Origin: Auanema rhodensis
Taxonomy: Eukaryota > Animalia > Nematoda
NCBI GenBank assembly: GCA_964057225.1
Contig: OZ059897.1
Coordinates: forward strand, 4,712,001-4,776,000
Length of the DNA stretch: 64,000 nucleotides
Reading direction: 5' to 3'
Positions 39,001-54,756 of this stretch are shown here, piece after piece; the first letter of the stretch is position 1; each line of letters begins with the position of its first letter. Position numbers and translations under genes: made by a program. The notes beneath the pieces are model-generated. The model was not told the origin of the DNA and did not search any database. It worked only from the letters and a program-made list of their open reading frames with translations.

Positions 39001-42000
39001 ATCGAGGATATAAGTGTGAACATATATCAGTTGATATCTCGGTGCATTTTTAAGCTAACTCAAATCTGATAACACAGATCAACGCAGCTTAAAAATCCGC
39101 ATCGAATGCACTATACTACATTGAGAAACGCTCTATACAAAAATTAGTTATTATCGTTTGAAAAATAATGCATTAGTGTATGTTGAGTTCCCATGTACAC
39201 TCAACATTGCTTCCAAAAACATTTTGACAAAAATTTTCCCGAAAAATTTCTAAATAATTTCACAAAAAGTAGATGTTTTTAGATTCCTTTTTTCAAGGCG
39301 AAGACGATGGACAATGTTATGCAACAAAAAAATCATTTCTTCAGGGTTAAAATCGAGGATATAAGTGTGAAAATATATCAGTTGATATCTCGGTGCATTT
39401 TTAAGCTAACTCAAATCTGATAACACAGATCGACGCAGCTTAAAAATCCGCATCGAATGCACTATACTACATTGAGAAACGCTATTCACAAAAATCAGTT
39501 ATGATCGTTTGAAAAATAATGCATTAGTGTATGTTGAGTTCCCATGTACACTCAACATTGCTTCCAAAAACATTTTGACAAAAATTTTCCCGAAAAATTT
39601 CTAAATAATTTCACAAAAAGTAGATGTTTTTAGATTCCTTTTTTCAAGACGAAGACGATGGACAATGTTTTTCAACGAAAAAATCATTTCTTCAGGGTGA
39701 AAATCGAGGATATAAGTGTGAACATATATCAGTTGATATCTCGGTGCATTTTTAAGCTAACTCAAATCTGATAACACAGATCAACGCAGCTTAAAAATCC
39801 GCATCGAATGCACTATACTACATTGAGAAACGCTCTATACAAAAATTAGTTATTATCGTTTGAAAAATAATGCATTAGTGTATGTTGAGTTCCCATGTAC
39901 ACTCAACATTGCTTCCAAAAACATTTTGACAAAAAATTTCCCGAAAAATTTCTAAATAATTTCACAAAAAGTAGATGTTTTTAGATTCCTTTTTTCAAGG
40001 CGAAGACGATGGACAATGTTATGCAACAAAAAAATCATTTCTTCAGGGTTAAAATCGAGGATATAAGTGTGAAAATATATCAGTTGATATCTCGGTGCAT
40101 TTTTAAGCTAATTCAAATCTGATAACACAGATCAACGCAGCTTAAAAATCCGCATCGAATGCACTATACTACATTGAGAAACGCTCTATACAAAAATTAG
40201 TTATGATCGTTTGAAAAATAATGCATTAGTGTATGTTGAGTTCCCATGTACACTCAACATTGCTTCCAAAAACATTTTGACAAAAATTTTCCCGAAAAAT
40301 TTCTAAATAATTTGACAAAAAGTAGATGTTTTTAGATTTCTTTTTTCAAGACGAAGACATTGGACAATGTTTTTCAACGAAAAAATCATTTCTTCAGGGT
40401 GAAAATCGAGGATATAAGTGTGAAACTATATCAGTTGATATCTCGGTGCATTTTTAAGCTAACTCAAATCTGATAACACAGATCGACGCAGCTTAAAAAT
40501 TCGCATCGAATGCACTATACTACATTGAGAAACGCTCTATACAAAAATAAGTTATGATCGTTTGAAAAATAATGCATTAGTGTATGTTGAGTTCCCATGT
40601 ACACTCAACATTGCTTCCAAAAACATTTTGACAAAAATTTTCCCGAAAAATTTCTAAATAGTTTCACAAAAAGTAGATGTTTTTAGATTCCTTTTTTCAA
40701 GGCGAAGACATTGGATAATGTTTTTCAACGAAAAAATCATTTCTTCAGGGTGAAAATCGAGAATATAAGTGTGAACCTATATCAGTTGATATCTCGGTGC
40801 ATTTTTAAGCTAGCTCAAATCTGATAACACAGATCGACGCAGCTTAAAAATCCGCATCGAATGCTTTATACTACATTGAGAAACGCTATTCACAAAAATC
40901 AGTTATGATCGTTTGAAAAATAATGCATTAGTGTATGTTGAGTTCCCATGTACACTCAACATTGCTTCCAAAAACATTTTGACAAAAATTTTCCCGAAAA
41001 ATTTCTAAATAATTTCACAAAAAGTAGATGTTTTTAGATTCCTTTTTTCAAGGCGAAGACGATGGACAATGTTATGCAACAAAAAAAACATTTCTTCAGG
41101 GTTAAAATCGAGGATATAAGTGTGAAAATATATCAGTTGATATCTCGGTGCATTTTTAAGCTAACTCAAATCTGATAACACAGATCGACGCAGCTTAAAA
41201 ATCCGCATCGAATGCACTATACTACATTGAGAAACGCTCTATACAAAAATTAGTTATTATCGTTTGAAAAATAATGCATTAGTGTATGTTGAGTTCCCAT
41301 GTACACTCAACATTGCTTCCAAAAACATTTTGACAAAAATTTTCCCGAAAAATTTCTAAATAATTTCACAAAAAGTAGATGTTTTTAGATTCCTTTTTTC
41401 AAGGCGAAGACGATGGACAATGTTATGCAACAAAAAAATCATTTCTTCAGGGTTAAAATCGAGGATATAAGTGTGAAAATATATCAGTTGATATCTCGGT
41501 GCATTTTTAAGCTAATTCAAATCTGATAACACAGATCAACGCAGCTTAAAAATCCGCATCGAATGCACTATACTACATTGAGAAACGCTCTATACAAAAA
41601 TTAGTTATGATCGTTTGAAAAATAATGCATTAGTGTATGTTGAGTTCCCATGTACACTCAACATTGCTTCCAAAAACATTTTGACAAAAATTTTCCCGAA
41701 AAATTTCTAAATAATTTGACAAAAAGTAGATGTTTTTAGATTTCTTTTTTCAAGACGAAGACATTGGACAATGTTTTTCAACGAAAAAATCATTTCTTCA
41801 GGGTGAAAATCGAGGATATAAGTGTGAAACTATATCAGTTGATATCTCGGTGCATTTTTAAGCTAACTCAAATCTGATAACACAGATCGACGCAGCTTAA
41901 AAATTCGCATCGAATGCACTATACTACATTGAGAAACGCTCTATACAAAAATAAGTTATGATCGTTTGAAAAATAATGCATTAGTGTATGTTGAGTTCCC

Positions 42001-42120
42001 ATGTACACTCAACATTGCTTCCAAAAACATTTTGACAAAAATTTTCCCGAAAAATTTCTAAATAATTTCACAAAAAGTAGATGTTTTTAGATTCCTTTTT
42101 TCAAGACGAAGACGATGGAC

Positions 42121-45100
42121 AATGTTTTTCAACGAAAAAATCATTTCTTCAGAGTGAAAATCGAGGATATAAGTGTGAACATATATCAGTTGATATCTCG
42201 GTGCATTTTTAAGCTAACTCAAATCTGATAACACAGATCAACGCAGCTTAAAAATCCGCATCGAATGCACTATACTACATTGAGAAACGCTCTATACAAA
42301 AATTAGTTATTATCGTTTGAAAAATAATGCATTAGTGTATGTTGAGTTCCCATGTACACTCAACATTGCTTCCAAAAACATTTTGACAAAAATTTTCCCG
42401 AAAAATTTCTAAATAATTTCACAAAAAGTAGATGTTTTTAGATTTCTTTTTTCAAGACGAAGACATTGGACAATGTTTTTCAACGAAAAAATCATTTCTT
42501 CAGGGTGAAAATCGAGGATATAAGTGTGAAACTATATCAGTTGATATCTCGGTGCATTTTTAAGCTAACTCAAATCTGATAACACAGATCGACGCAGCTT
42601 AAAAATTCGCATCGAATGCACTATACTACATTGAGAAACGCTCTATACAAAAATAAGTTATGATCGTTTGAAAAATAATGCATTAGTGTATGTTGAGTTC
42701 CCATGTACACTCAACATTGCTTCCAAAAACATTTTGACAAAAATTTTCCCGAAAAATTTCTAAATAATTTCACAAAAAGTAGATGTTTTTAGATTGCTTT
42801 TTTCAAGACGAAGACGATGGACAATGTTTTTCAACGAAAAAATCATTTCTTCAGAGTGAAAATCGAGGATATAAGTGTGAACATATATCAGTTGATATCT
42901 CGGTGCATTTTTAAGCTAACTCAAATCTGATAACACAGATCAACGCAGCTTAAAAATTCGCATCGAATGCACTATACTACATTGAGAAACGCTCTATACA
43001 AAAATTAGTTATTATCGTTTGAAAAATAATGCATTAGTGTATGTTGAGTTCCCATGTACACTCAACATTGCTTCCAAAAACATTTTGACAAAAATTTTCC
43101 CGAAAAATTTCTAAATAATTTCACAAAAAGTAGATGTTTTTAGATTCCTTTTTTCAAGGCGAAGACGATGGACAATGTTATGCAACAAAAAAATCATTTC
43201 TTCAGGGTTAAAATCGAGGATATAAGTGTGAAAATATATCAGTTGATATCTCGGTGCATTTTTAAGCTAATTCAAATCTGATAACACAGATCAACGCAGC
43301 TTAAAAATCCGCATCGAATGCACTATACTACATTGAGAAACGCTCTATACAAAAATTAGTTATGATCGTTTGAAAAATAATGCATTAGTGTATGTTGAGT
43401 TCCCATGTACACTCAACATTGCTTCCAAAAACATTTTGACAAAAATTTTCCCGAAAAATTTCTAAATAATTTGACAAAAAGTAGATGTTTTTAGATTCCT
43501 TTTTTCAAGACGAAGACATTGGACAATGTTTTTCAACGAAAAAATCATTTCTTCAGGGTGAAAATCGAGGATATAAGTGTGAAACTATATCAGTTGATAT
43601 CTCGGTGCATTTTTAAGCTAACTCAAATCTGATAACACAGATCGACGCAGCTTAAAAATTCGCATCGAATGCACTATACTACATTGAGAAACGCTCTATA
43701 CAAAAATAAGTTATGATCGTTTGAAAAATAATGCATTAGTGTATGTTGAGTTCCCATGTACACTCAACATTGCTTCCAAAAACATTTTGACAAAAATTTT
43801 CCCGAAACATTTCTAAATAATTTCACAAAAAGTAGATGTTTTTGAATTCCTTTTTTCAAGGCGAAGACATTGGACAATGTTTTTCAACGAAAAAATCATT
43901 TCTTCAAGGTGAAAATCGAGGATATAAGTGTGAACATATATCAGTTGATATCTCGGTGCATTTTTAAGCTAACTCAAATCTGATAACACAGATCGACGCA
44001 GCTTAAAAATCCGCATCGAATGCACTATACTACATTGAGAAACGCTCTATACAAAAATTAGTTATGATCGTTTGAAAAATAATGCATTAGTGTATGTTGA
44101 GTTCCCATGTACACTCAACATTGCTTCCAAAAACATTTTGACAAAAATTTTCCCGAAAAATTTCTAAATAATTTCACAAAAAGTAGATGTTTTTAGATTT
44201 CTTTTATCAAGACGAAGACGATGGACAATGGTTTTCAACGAAAAAATCATTTCTTCAGGGTTAAAATCGAGGATATAAGTGTGAAACTATATCAGTTGAT
44301 ATCTCGGTGCATTTTTAAGCTAACTCAAATCTGATAACACAGATCAACGCAGCTTAAAAATTCGCATCGAATGCACTATACTACATTGAGAAACGCTCTA
44401 TACAAAAATTAGTTATTATCGTTTGAAAAATAATGCATTAGTGTATGCTGAGTTCCCATGTACACTCAACATTGCTTCCAAAAACATTTTGACAAAAATT
44501 TTCCCGAAAAATTTCTAAATAATTTCACAAAAAGTAAATGTTTTTAGATTTCTTTTTTCAAGGCGAAGACATTGGACAATGTTTTTCAACGAAAAAATCA
44601 TTTCTTCAGGGTGAAAATCGAGGATATAAGTGTGAACATATATCAGTTGATATCTCGGTGCATTTTTAAGCTAACTCAAATCTGATAACACAGATCAACG
44701 CAGCTTAAAAATCCGCATCGAATGCACTATACTACATTGAGAAACGCTCTATACAAAAATTAGTTATTATCGTTTGAAAAATAATGCATTAGTGTATGTT
44801 GAGTTCCCATGTACACTCAACATTGCTTCCAAAAACATTTTGACAAAAATTTTCCCGAAAAATTTCTAAATAATTTCACAAAAAGTAGATGTTTTTAGAT
44901 TTCTTTTTTCAAAGCGAAGACATTGGACAATGTTTTTCAACGAAAAAATCATTTCTTCAGGGTGAAAATCGAGGATATAAGTGTGAACATATATCAGTTG
45001 ATATCTCGGTGCATTTTTAAGCTAACTCAAATCTGATAACACAGATCAACGCAGCTTAAAAATCCGCATCGAATGCACTATACTACATTGAGAAACGCTC

Positions 45101-48100
45101 TATACAAAAATTAGTTATTATCGTTTGAAAAATAATGCATTAGTGTATGCTGAGTTCCCATGTACACTCAACATTGCTTCCAAAAACATTTTGACAAAAA
45201 TTTTCCCGAAAAATTTCTAAATAATTTCACAAAAAGTAGATGTTTTTAGATTCCTTTTTTCAAGACGAAGACGATGGACAATGTTTTTCAACGAAAAAAT
45301 CATTTCTTCAGAGTGAAAATCGAGGATATAAGTGTGAACATATATCAGTTGATATCTCGGTGCATTTTTAAGCTAACTCAAATCTGATAACACAGATCAA
45401 CGCAGCTTAAAAATCCGCATCGAATGCACTATACTACATTGAGAAACGCTCTATACAAAAATTAGTTATTATCGTTTGAAAAATAATGCATTAGTGTATG
45501 TTGAGTTCCCATGTACACTCAACATTGCTTCCAAAAACATTTTGACAAAAATTTTCCCGAAAAATTTCTAAATAATTTCACAAAAAGTAGATGTTTTTAG
45601 ATTTCTTTTTTCAAGACGAAGACATTGGACAATGTTTTTCAACGAAAAAATCATTTCTTCAGGGTGAAAATCGAGGATATAAGTGTGAAACTATATCAGT
45701 TGATATCTCGGTGCATTTTTAAGCTAACTCAAATCTGATAACACAGATCGACGCAGCTTAAAAATTCGCATCGAATGCACTATACTACATTGAGAAACGC
45801 TCTATACAAAAATAAGTTATGATCGTTTGAAAAATAATGCATTAGTGTATGTTGAGTTCCCATGTACACTCAACATTGCTTCCAAAAACATTTTGACAAA
45901 AATTTTCCCGAAAAATTTCTAAATAATTTCACAAAAAGTAGATGTTTTTAGATTGCTTTTTTCAAGACGAAGACGATGGACAATGTTTTTCAACGAAAAA
46001 ATCATTTCTTCAGAGTGAAAATCGAGGATATAAGTGTGAACATATATCAGTTGATATCTCGGTGCATTTTTAAGCTAACTCAAATCTGATAACACAGATC
46101 AACGCAGCTTAAAAATCCGCATCGAATGCACTATACTACATTGAGAAACGCTCTATACAAAAATTAGTTATTATCGTTTGAAAAATAATGCATTAGTGTA
46201 TGTTGAGTTCCCATGTACACTCAACATTGCTTCCAAAAACATTTTGACAAAAATTTTCCCGAAAAATTTCTAAATAATTTCACAAAAAGTAGATGTTTTT
46301 AGATTCCTTTTTTCAAGGCGAAGACGATGGACAATGTTATGCAACAAAAAAATCATTTCTTCAGGGTTAAAATCGAGGATATAAGTGTGAAAATATATCA
46401 GTTGATATCTCGGTGCATTTTTAAGCTAATTCAAATCTGATAACACAGATCAACGCAGCTTAAAAATCCGCATCGAATGCACTATACTACATTGAGAAAC
46501 GCTCTATACAAAAATTAGTTATGATCGTTTGAAAAATAATGCATTAGTGTATGTTGAGTTCCCATGTACACTCAACATTGCTTCCAAAAACATTTTGACA
46601 AAAATTTTCCCGAAAAATTTCTAAATAATTTGACAAAAAGTAGATGTTTTTAGATTCCTTTTTTCAAGACGAAGACATTGGACAATGTTTTTCAACGAAA
46701 AAATCATTTCTTCAGGGTGAAAATCGAGGATATAAGTGTGAAACTATATCAGTTGATATCTCGGTGCATTTTTAAGCTAACTCAAATCTGATAACACAGA
46801 TCGACGCAGCTTAAAAATTCGCATCGAATGCACTATACTACATTGAGAAACGCTCTATACAAAAATAAGTTATGATCGTTTGAAAAATAATGCATTAGTG
46901 TATGTTGAGTTCCCATGTACACTCAACATTGCTTCCAAAAACATTTTGACAAAAATTTTCCCGAAACATTTCTAAATAATTTCACAAAAAGTAGATGTTT
47001 TTGAATTCCTTTTTTCAAGGCGAAGACATTGGACAATGTTTTTCAACGAAAAAATCATTTCTTCAAGGTGAAAATCGAGGATATAAGTGTGAACATATAT
47101 CAGTTGATATCTCGGTGCATTTTTAAGCTAACTCAAATCTGATAACACAGATCGACGCAGCTTAAAAATCCGCATCGAATGCACTATACTACATTGAGAA
47201 ACGCTCTATACAAAAATTAGTTATGATCGTTTGAAAAATAATGCATTAGTGTATGTTGAGTTCCCATGTACACTCAACATTGCTTCCAAAAACATTTTGA
47301 CAAAAATTTTCCCGAAAAATTTCTAAATAATTTCACAAAAAGTAGATGTTTTTAGATTTCTTTTATCAAGACGAAGACGATGGACAATGGTTTTCAACGA
47401 AAAAATCATTTCTTCAGGGTTAAAATCGAGGATATAAGTGTGAAACTATATCAGTTGATATCTCGGTGCATTTTTAAGCTAACTCAAATCTGATAACACA
47501 GATCAACGCAGCTTAAAAATTCGCATCGAATGCACTATACTACATTGAGAAACGCTCTATACAAAAATTAGTTATTATCGTTTGAAAAATAATGCATTAG
47601 TGTATGCTGAGTTCCCATGTACACTCAACATTGCTTCCAAAAACATTTTGACAAAAATTTTCCCGAAAAATTTCTAAATAATTTCACAAAAAGTAAATGT
47701 TTTTAGATTTCTTTTTTCAAGGCGAAGACATTGGACAATGTTTTTCAACGAAAAAATCATTTCTTCAGGGTGAAAATCGAGGATATAAGTGTGAACATAT
47801 ATCAGTTGATATCTCGGTGCATTTTTAAGCTAACTCAAATCTGATAACACAGATCAACGCAGCTTAAAAATCCGCATCGAATGCACTATACTACATTGAG
47901 AAACGCTCTATACAAAAATTAGTTATTATCGTTTGAAAAATAATGCATTAGTGTATGTTGAGTTCCCATGTACACTCAACATTGCTTCCAAAAACATTTT
48001 GACAAAAATTTTCCCGAAAAATTTCTAAATAATTTCACAAAAAGTAGATGTTTTTAGATTTCTTTTTTCAAAGCGAAGACATTGGACAATGTTTTTCAAC

Positions 48101-48380
48101 GAAAAAATCATTTCTTCAGGGTGAAAATCGAGGATATAAGTGTGAACATATATCAGTTGATATCTCGGTGCATTTTTAAGCTAACTCAAATCTGATAACA
48201 CAGATCAACGCAGCTTAAAAATCCGCATCGAATGCACTATACTACATTGAGAAACGCTCTATACAAAAATTAGTTATTATCGTTTGAAAAATAATGCATT
48301 AGTGTATGCTGAGTTCCCATGTACACTCAACATTGCTTCCAAAAACATTTTGACAAAAATTTTCCCGAAAAATTTCTAAA
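42121..48380. repeat. Tandem duplication of a 9-monomer block (3159 bp)
   Basis: The GATTGC variant (p325G) occurs at 42796 and 45955, and GAATTC at 43844 and 47003. Both pairs are 3159 bp apart. M129 is chimeric. Confidence 0.85.
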
Positions 48381-50193
48381 TAGTTTCACAAAAAGTAGAT
48401 GTTTTTAGATTCCTTTTTTCAAGGCGAAGACATTGGATAATGTTTTTCAACGAAAAAATCATTTCTTCAGGGTGAAAATCGAGAATATAAGTGTGAACCT
48501 ATATCAGTTGATATCTCGGTGCATTTTTAAGCTAGCTCAAATCTGATAACACAGATCGACGCAGCTTAAAAATCCGCATCGAATGCACTATACTACATTG
48601 AGAAACGCTCTTTACAAAAATTAGTTATGATCGTTTGAAAAATAATGCATTAGTGTATGTTGAGTTCCCATGTACACTCAACATTGCTTCCAAAAACATT
48701 TTGACAAAAATTTTCCCGAAAAATTTCTAAATAATTTCACAAAAAGTAGATGTTTTTAGATTTCTTTTATCAAGACGAAGACGATGGACAATGGTTTTCA
48801 ACGAAAAAATCATTTCTTCAGGGTTAAAATCGAGGATATAAGTGTGAAACTATATCAGTTGATATCTCGGTGCATTTTTAAGCTAACTCAAATCTGATAA
48901 CACAGATCAACGCAGCTTAAAAATTCGCATCGAATGCACTATACTACATTGAGAAACGCTATTTACAAAAATCAGTTATGATCGTTTGAAAAATAATGCA
49001 TTAGTGTATGTTGAGTTCCCATGTACACTCAACATTGCTTCCAAAAACATTTTGACAAAAATTTTCCCGAAAAATTTCTAAATAATTTCACAAAAAGTAG
49101 ATGTTTTTAGATTCCTTTTTTCAAGGCGAAGACGATGGACAATGTTATGCAACAAAAAAATCATTTCTTCAGGGTTAAAATCGAGGATATAAGTGTGAAA
49201 ATATATCAGTTGATATCTCGGTGCATTTTTAAGCTAATTCAAATCTGATAACACAGATCAACGCAGCTTAAAAATCCGCATCGAATGCACTATACTACAT
49301 TGAGAAACGCTCTATACAAAAATTAGTTATGATCGTTTGAAAAATAATGCATTAGTGTATGTTGAGTTCCCATGTACACTCAACATTGCTTCCAAAAACA
49401 TTTTGACAAAAATTTTCCCGAAAAATTTCTAAATAATTTGACAAAAAGTAGATGTTTTTAGATTCCTTTTTTCAAGACGAAGACATTGGACAATGTTTTT
49501 CAACGAAAAAATCATTTCTTCAGGGTGAAAATCGAGGATATAAGTGTGAAACTATATCAGTTGATATCTCGGTGCATTTTTAAGCTAACTCAAATCTGAT
49601 AACACAGATCGACGCAGCTTAAAAATTCGCATCGAATGCACTATACTACATTGAGAAACGCTCTATACAAAAATAAGTTATGATCGTTTGAAAAATAATG
49701 CATTAGTGTATGTTGAGTTCCCATGTACACTCAACATTGCTTCCAAAAACATTTTGACAAAAATTTTCCCGAAACATTTCTAAATAATTTCACAAAAAGT
49801 AGATGTTTTTGAATTCCTTTTTTCAAGGCGAAGACATTGGACAATGTTTTTCAACGAAAAAATCATTTCTTCAAGGTGAAAATCGAGGATATAAGTGTGA
49901 ACATATATCAGTTGATATCTCGGTGCATTTTTAAGCTAACTCAAATCTGATAACACAGATCGACGCAGCTTAAAAATCCGCATCGAATGCACTATACTAC
50001 ATTGAGAAACGCTCTATACAAAAATTAGTTATGATCGTTTGAAAAATAATGCATTAGTGTATGTTGAGTTCCCATGTACACTCAACATTGCTTCCAAAAA
50101 CATTTTGACAAAAATTTTCCCGAAAAATTTCTAAATAATTTCACAAAAAGTAGATGTTTTTAGATTTCTTTTATCAAGACGAAGACGATGGAC

Positions 50194-53100
50194 AATGGTT
50201 TTCAACGAAAAAATCATTTCTTCAGGGTTAAAATCGAGGATATAAGTGTGAAACTATATCAGTTGATATCTCGGTGCATTTTTAAGCTAACTCAAATCTG
50301 ATAACACAGATCAACGCAGCTTAAAAATTCGCATCGAATGCACTATACTACATTGAGACACGCTCTATACAAAAATTAGTTATTATCGTTTGAAAAATAA
50401 TGCATTAGTGTATGCTGAGTTCCCATGTACACTCAACATTGCTTCCAAAAACATTTTGACAAAAATTTTCCCGAAAAATTTCTAAATAATTTCACAAAAA
50501 GTAAATGTTTTTAGATTTCTTTTTTCAAGGCGAAGACATTGGACAATGTTTTTCAACGAAAAAATCATTTCTTCAGGGTGAAAATCGAGGATATAAGTGT
50601 GAACATATATCAGTTGATATCTCGGTGCATTTTTAAGCTAACTCAAATCTGATAACACAGATCAACGCAGCTTAAAAATCCGCATCGAATGCACTATACT
50701 ACATTGAGAAACGCTCTATACAAAAATTAGTTATTATCGTTTGAAAAATAATGCATTAGTGTATGTTGAGTTCCCATGTACACTCAACATTGCTTCCAAA
50801 AACATTTTGACAAAAATTTTCCCGAAAAATTTCTAAATAATTTCACAAAAAGTAGATGTTTTTAGATTTCTTTTTTCAAAGCGAAGACATTGGACAATGT
50901 TTTTCAACGAAAAAATCATTTCTTCAGGGTGAAAATCGAGGATATAAGTGTGAACATATATCAGTTGATATCTCGGTGCATTTTTAAGCTAACTCAAATC
51001 TGATAACACAGATCAACGCAGCTTAAAAATCCGCATCGAATGCACTATACTACATTGAGAAACGCTCTATACAAAAATTAGTTATTATCGTTTGAAAAAT
51101 AATGCATTAGTGTATGCTGAGTTCCCATGTACACTCAACATTGCTTCCAAAAACATTTTGACAAAAATTTTCCCGAAAAATTTCTAAATAGTTTCACAAA
51201 AAGTAGATGTTTTTAGATTCCTTTTTTCAAGGCGAAGACATTGGATAATGTTTTTCAACGAAAAAATCATTTCTTCAGGGTGAAAATCGAGAATATAAGT
51301 GTGAACCTATATCAGTTGATATCTCGGTGCATTTTTAAGCTAGCTCAAATCTGATAACACAGATCGACGCAGCTTAAAAATCCGCATCGAATGCACTATA
51401 CTACATTGAGAAACGCTCTTTACAAAAATTAGTTATGATCGTTTGAAAAATAACGCATTAGTGTATGTTGAGTTCCCATGTACACTCAACATTGCTTCCA
51501 AAAACATTTTGACAAAAATTTTCCCGAAAAATTTCTAAATAATTTCACAAAAAGTAGATGTTTTTAGATTTCTTTTATCAAGACGAAGACGATGGACAAT
51601 GGTTTTCAACGAAAAAATCATTTCTTCAGGGTTAAAATCGAGGATATAAGTGTGAAACTATATCAGTTGATATCTCGGTGCATTTTTAAGCTAACTCAAA
51701 TCTGATAACACAGATCAACGCAGCTTAAAAATTCGCATCGAATGCACTATACTACATTGAGAAACGCTCTATACAAAAATTAGTTATTATCGTTTGAAAA
51801 ATAATGCATTAGTGTATGCTGAGTTCCCATGTACACTCAACATTGCTTCCAAAAACATTTTGACAAAAATTTTCCCGAAAAATTTCTAAATAATTTCACA
51901 AAAAGTAAATGTTTTTAGATTTCTTTTTTCAAGGCGAAGACATTGGACAATGTTTTTCAACGAAAAAATCATTTCTTCAGGGTGAAAATCGAGGATATAA
52001 GTGTGAACATATATCAGTTGATATCTCGGTGCATTTTTAAGCTAACTCAAATCTGATAACACAGATCAACGCAGCTTAAAAATCCGCATCGAATGCACTA
52101 TACTACATTGAGAAACGCTCTATACAAAAATTAGTTATTATCGTTTGAAAAATAATGCATTAGTGTATGTTGAGTTCCCATGTACACTCAACATTGCTTC
52201 CAAAAACATTTTGACAAAAATTTTCCCGAAAAATTTCTAAATAATTTCACAAAAAGTAGATGTTTTTAGATTTCTTTTTTCAAAGCGAAGACATTGGACA
52301 ATGTTTTTCAACGAAAAAATCATTTCTTCAGGGTGAAAATCGAGGATATAAGTGTGAACATATATCAGTTGATATCTCGGTGCATTTTTAAGCTAACTCA
52401 AATCTGATAACACAGATCAACGCAGCTTAAAAATCCGCATCGAATGCACTATACTACATTGAGAAACGCTCTATACAAAAATTAGTTATTATCGTTTGAA
52501 AAATAATGCATTAGTGTATGCTGAGTTCCCATGTACACTCAACATTGCTTCCAAAAACATTTTGACAAAAATTTTCCCGAAAAATTTCTAAATAGTTTCA
52601 CAAAAAGTAGATGTTTTTAGATTCCTTTTTTCAAGGCGAAGACATTGGATAATGTTTTTCAACGAAAAAATCATTTCTTCAGGGTGAAAATCGAGAATAT
52701 AAGTGTGAACCTATATCAGTTGATATCTCGGTGCATTTTTAAGCTAGCTCAAATCTGATAACACAGATCGACGCAGCTTAAAAATCCGCATCGAATGCAC
52801 TATACTACATTGAGAAACGCTCTTTACAAAAATTAGTTATGATCGTTTGAAAAATAATGCATTAGTGTATGTTGAGTTCCCATGTACACTCAACATTGCT
52901 TCCAAAAACATTTTGACAAAAATTTTCCCGAAAAATTTCTAAATAATTTCACAAAAAGTAGATGTTTTTAGATTTCTTTTATCAAGACGAAGACGATGGA
53001 CAATGGTTTTCAACGAAAAAATCATTTCTTCAGGGTTAAAATCGAGGATATAAGTGTGAAACTATATCAGTTGATATCTCGGTGCATTTTTAAGCTAACT

Positions 53101-54756
53101 CAAATCTGATAACACAGATCAACGCAGCTTAAAAATTCGCATCGAATGCACTATACTACATTGAGAAACGCTCTATACAAAAATTAGTTATTATCGTTTG
53201 AAAAATAATGCATTAGTGTATGCTGAGTTCCCATGTACACTCAACATTGCTTCCAAAAACATTTTGACAAAAATTTTCCCGAAAAATTTCTAAATAATTT
53301 CACAAAAAGTAAATGTTTTTAGATTTCTTTTTTCAAGGCGAAGACATTGGACAATGTTTTTCAACGAAAAAATCATTTCTTCAGGGTGAAAATCGAGGAT
53401 ATAAGTGTGAACATATATCAGTTGATATCTCGGTGCATTTTTAAGCTAACTCAAATCTGATAACACAGATCAACGCAGCTTAAAAATCCGCATCGAATGC
53501 ACTATACTACATTGAGAAACGCTCTATACAAAAATTAGTTATTATCGTTTGAAAAATAATGCATTAGTGTATGTTGAGTTCCCATGTACACTCAACATTG
53601 CTTCCAAAAACATTTTGACAAAAATTTTCCCGAAAAATTTCTAAATAATTTCACAAAAAGTAGATGTTTTTAGATTTCTTTTTTCAAAGCGAAGACATTG
53701 GACAATGTTTTTCAACGAAAAAATCATTTCTTCAGGGTGAAAATCGAGGATATAAGTGTGAACATATATCAGTTGATATCTCGGTGCATTTTTAAGCTAA
53801 CTCAAATCTGATAACACAGATCAACGCAGCTTAAAAATCCGCATCGAATGCACTATACTACATTGAGAAACGCTCTATACAAAAATTAGTTATTATCGTT
53901 TGAAAAATAATGCATTAGTGTATGCTGAGTTCCCATGTACACTCAACATTGCTTCCAAAAACATTTTGACAAAAATTTTCCCGAAAAATTTCTAAATAGT
54001 TTCACAAAAAGTAGATGTTTTTAGATTCCTTTTTTCAAGGCGAAGACATTGGATAATGTTTTTCAACGAAAAAATCATTTCTTCAGGGTGAAAATCGAGA
54101 ATATAAGTGTGAACCTATATCAGTTGATATCTCGGTGCATTTTTAAGCTAACTCAAATCTGATAACACAGATCGACGCAGCTTAAAAATCCGCATCGAAT
54201 GCACTATACTACATTGAGAAAAGGTCTTTACAAAAATTAGTTATGATCGTTTGAAAAATAATGCATTAGTGTATGTTGAGTTCCCATGTACACTCAACAT
54301 TGCTTCCAAAAACATTTTGACAAAAATTTTCCCGAAAAATTTCTAAATAATTTCACAAAAAGTAGATGTTTTTAGATTTCTTTTATCAAGACGAAGACGA
54401 TGGACAATGGTTTTCAACGAAAAAATCATTTCTTCAGGGTTAAAATCGAGGATATAAGTGTGAAACTATATCAGTTGATATCTCGGTGCATTTTTAAGCT
54501 AACTCAAATCTGATAACACAGATCAACGCAGCTTAAAAATTCGCATCGAATGCACTATACTACATTGAGAAACGCTCTATACAAAAATTAGTTATTATCG
54601 TTTGAAAAATAATGCATTAGTGTATGCTGAGTTCCCATGTACACTCAACATTGCTTCCAAAAACATTTTGACAAAAATTTTTCCGAAAAATTTCTAAATA
54701 ATTTCACAAAAAGTAAATGTTTTTAGATTTCTTTTTTCAAGGCGAAGACATTGGAC
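50194..54756. repeat. 4-monomer higher-order repeat run (1404 bp), second occurrence
   Basis: The T5G marker occurs at 47390, 48794, 50198, 51602, 53006 and 54410 in exact 1404-bp steps. The four haplotypes are the same as in 7723-12285. Confidence 0.9.
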
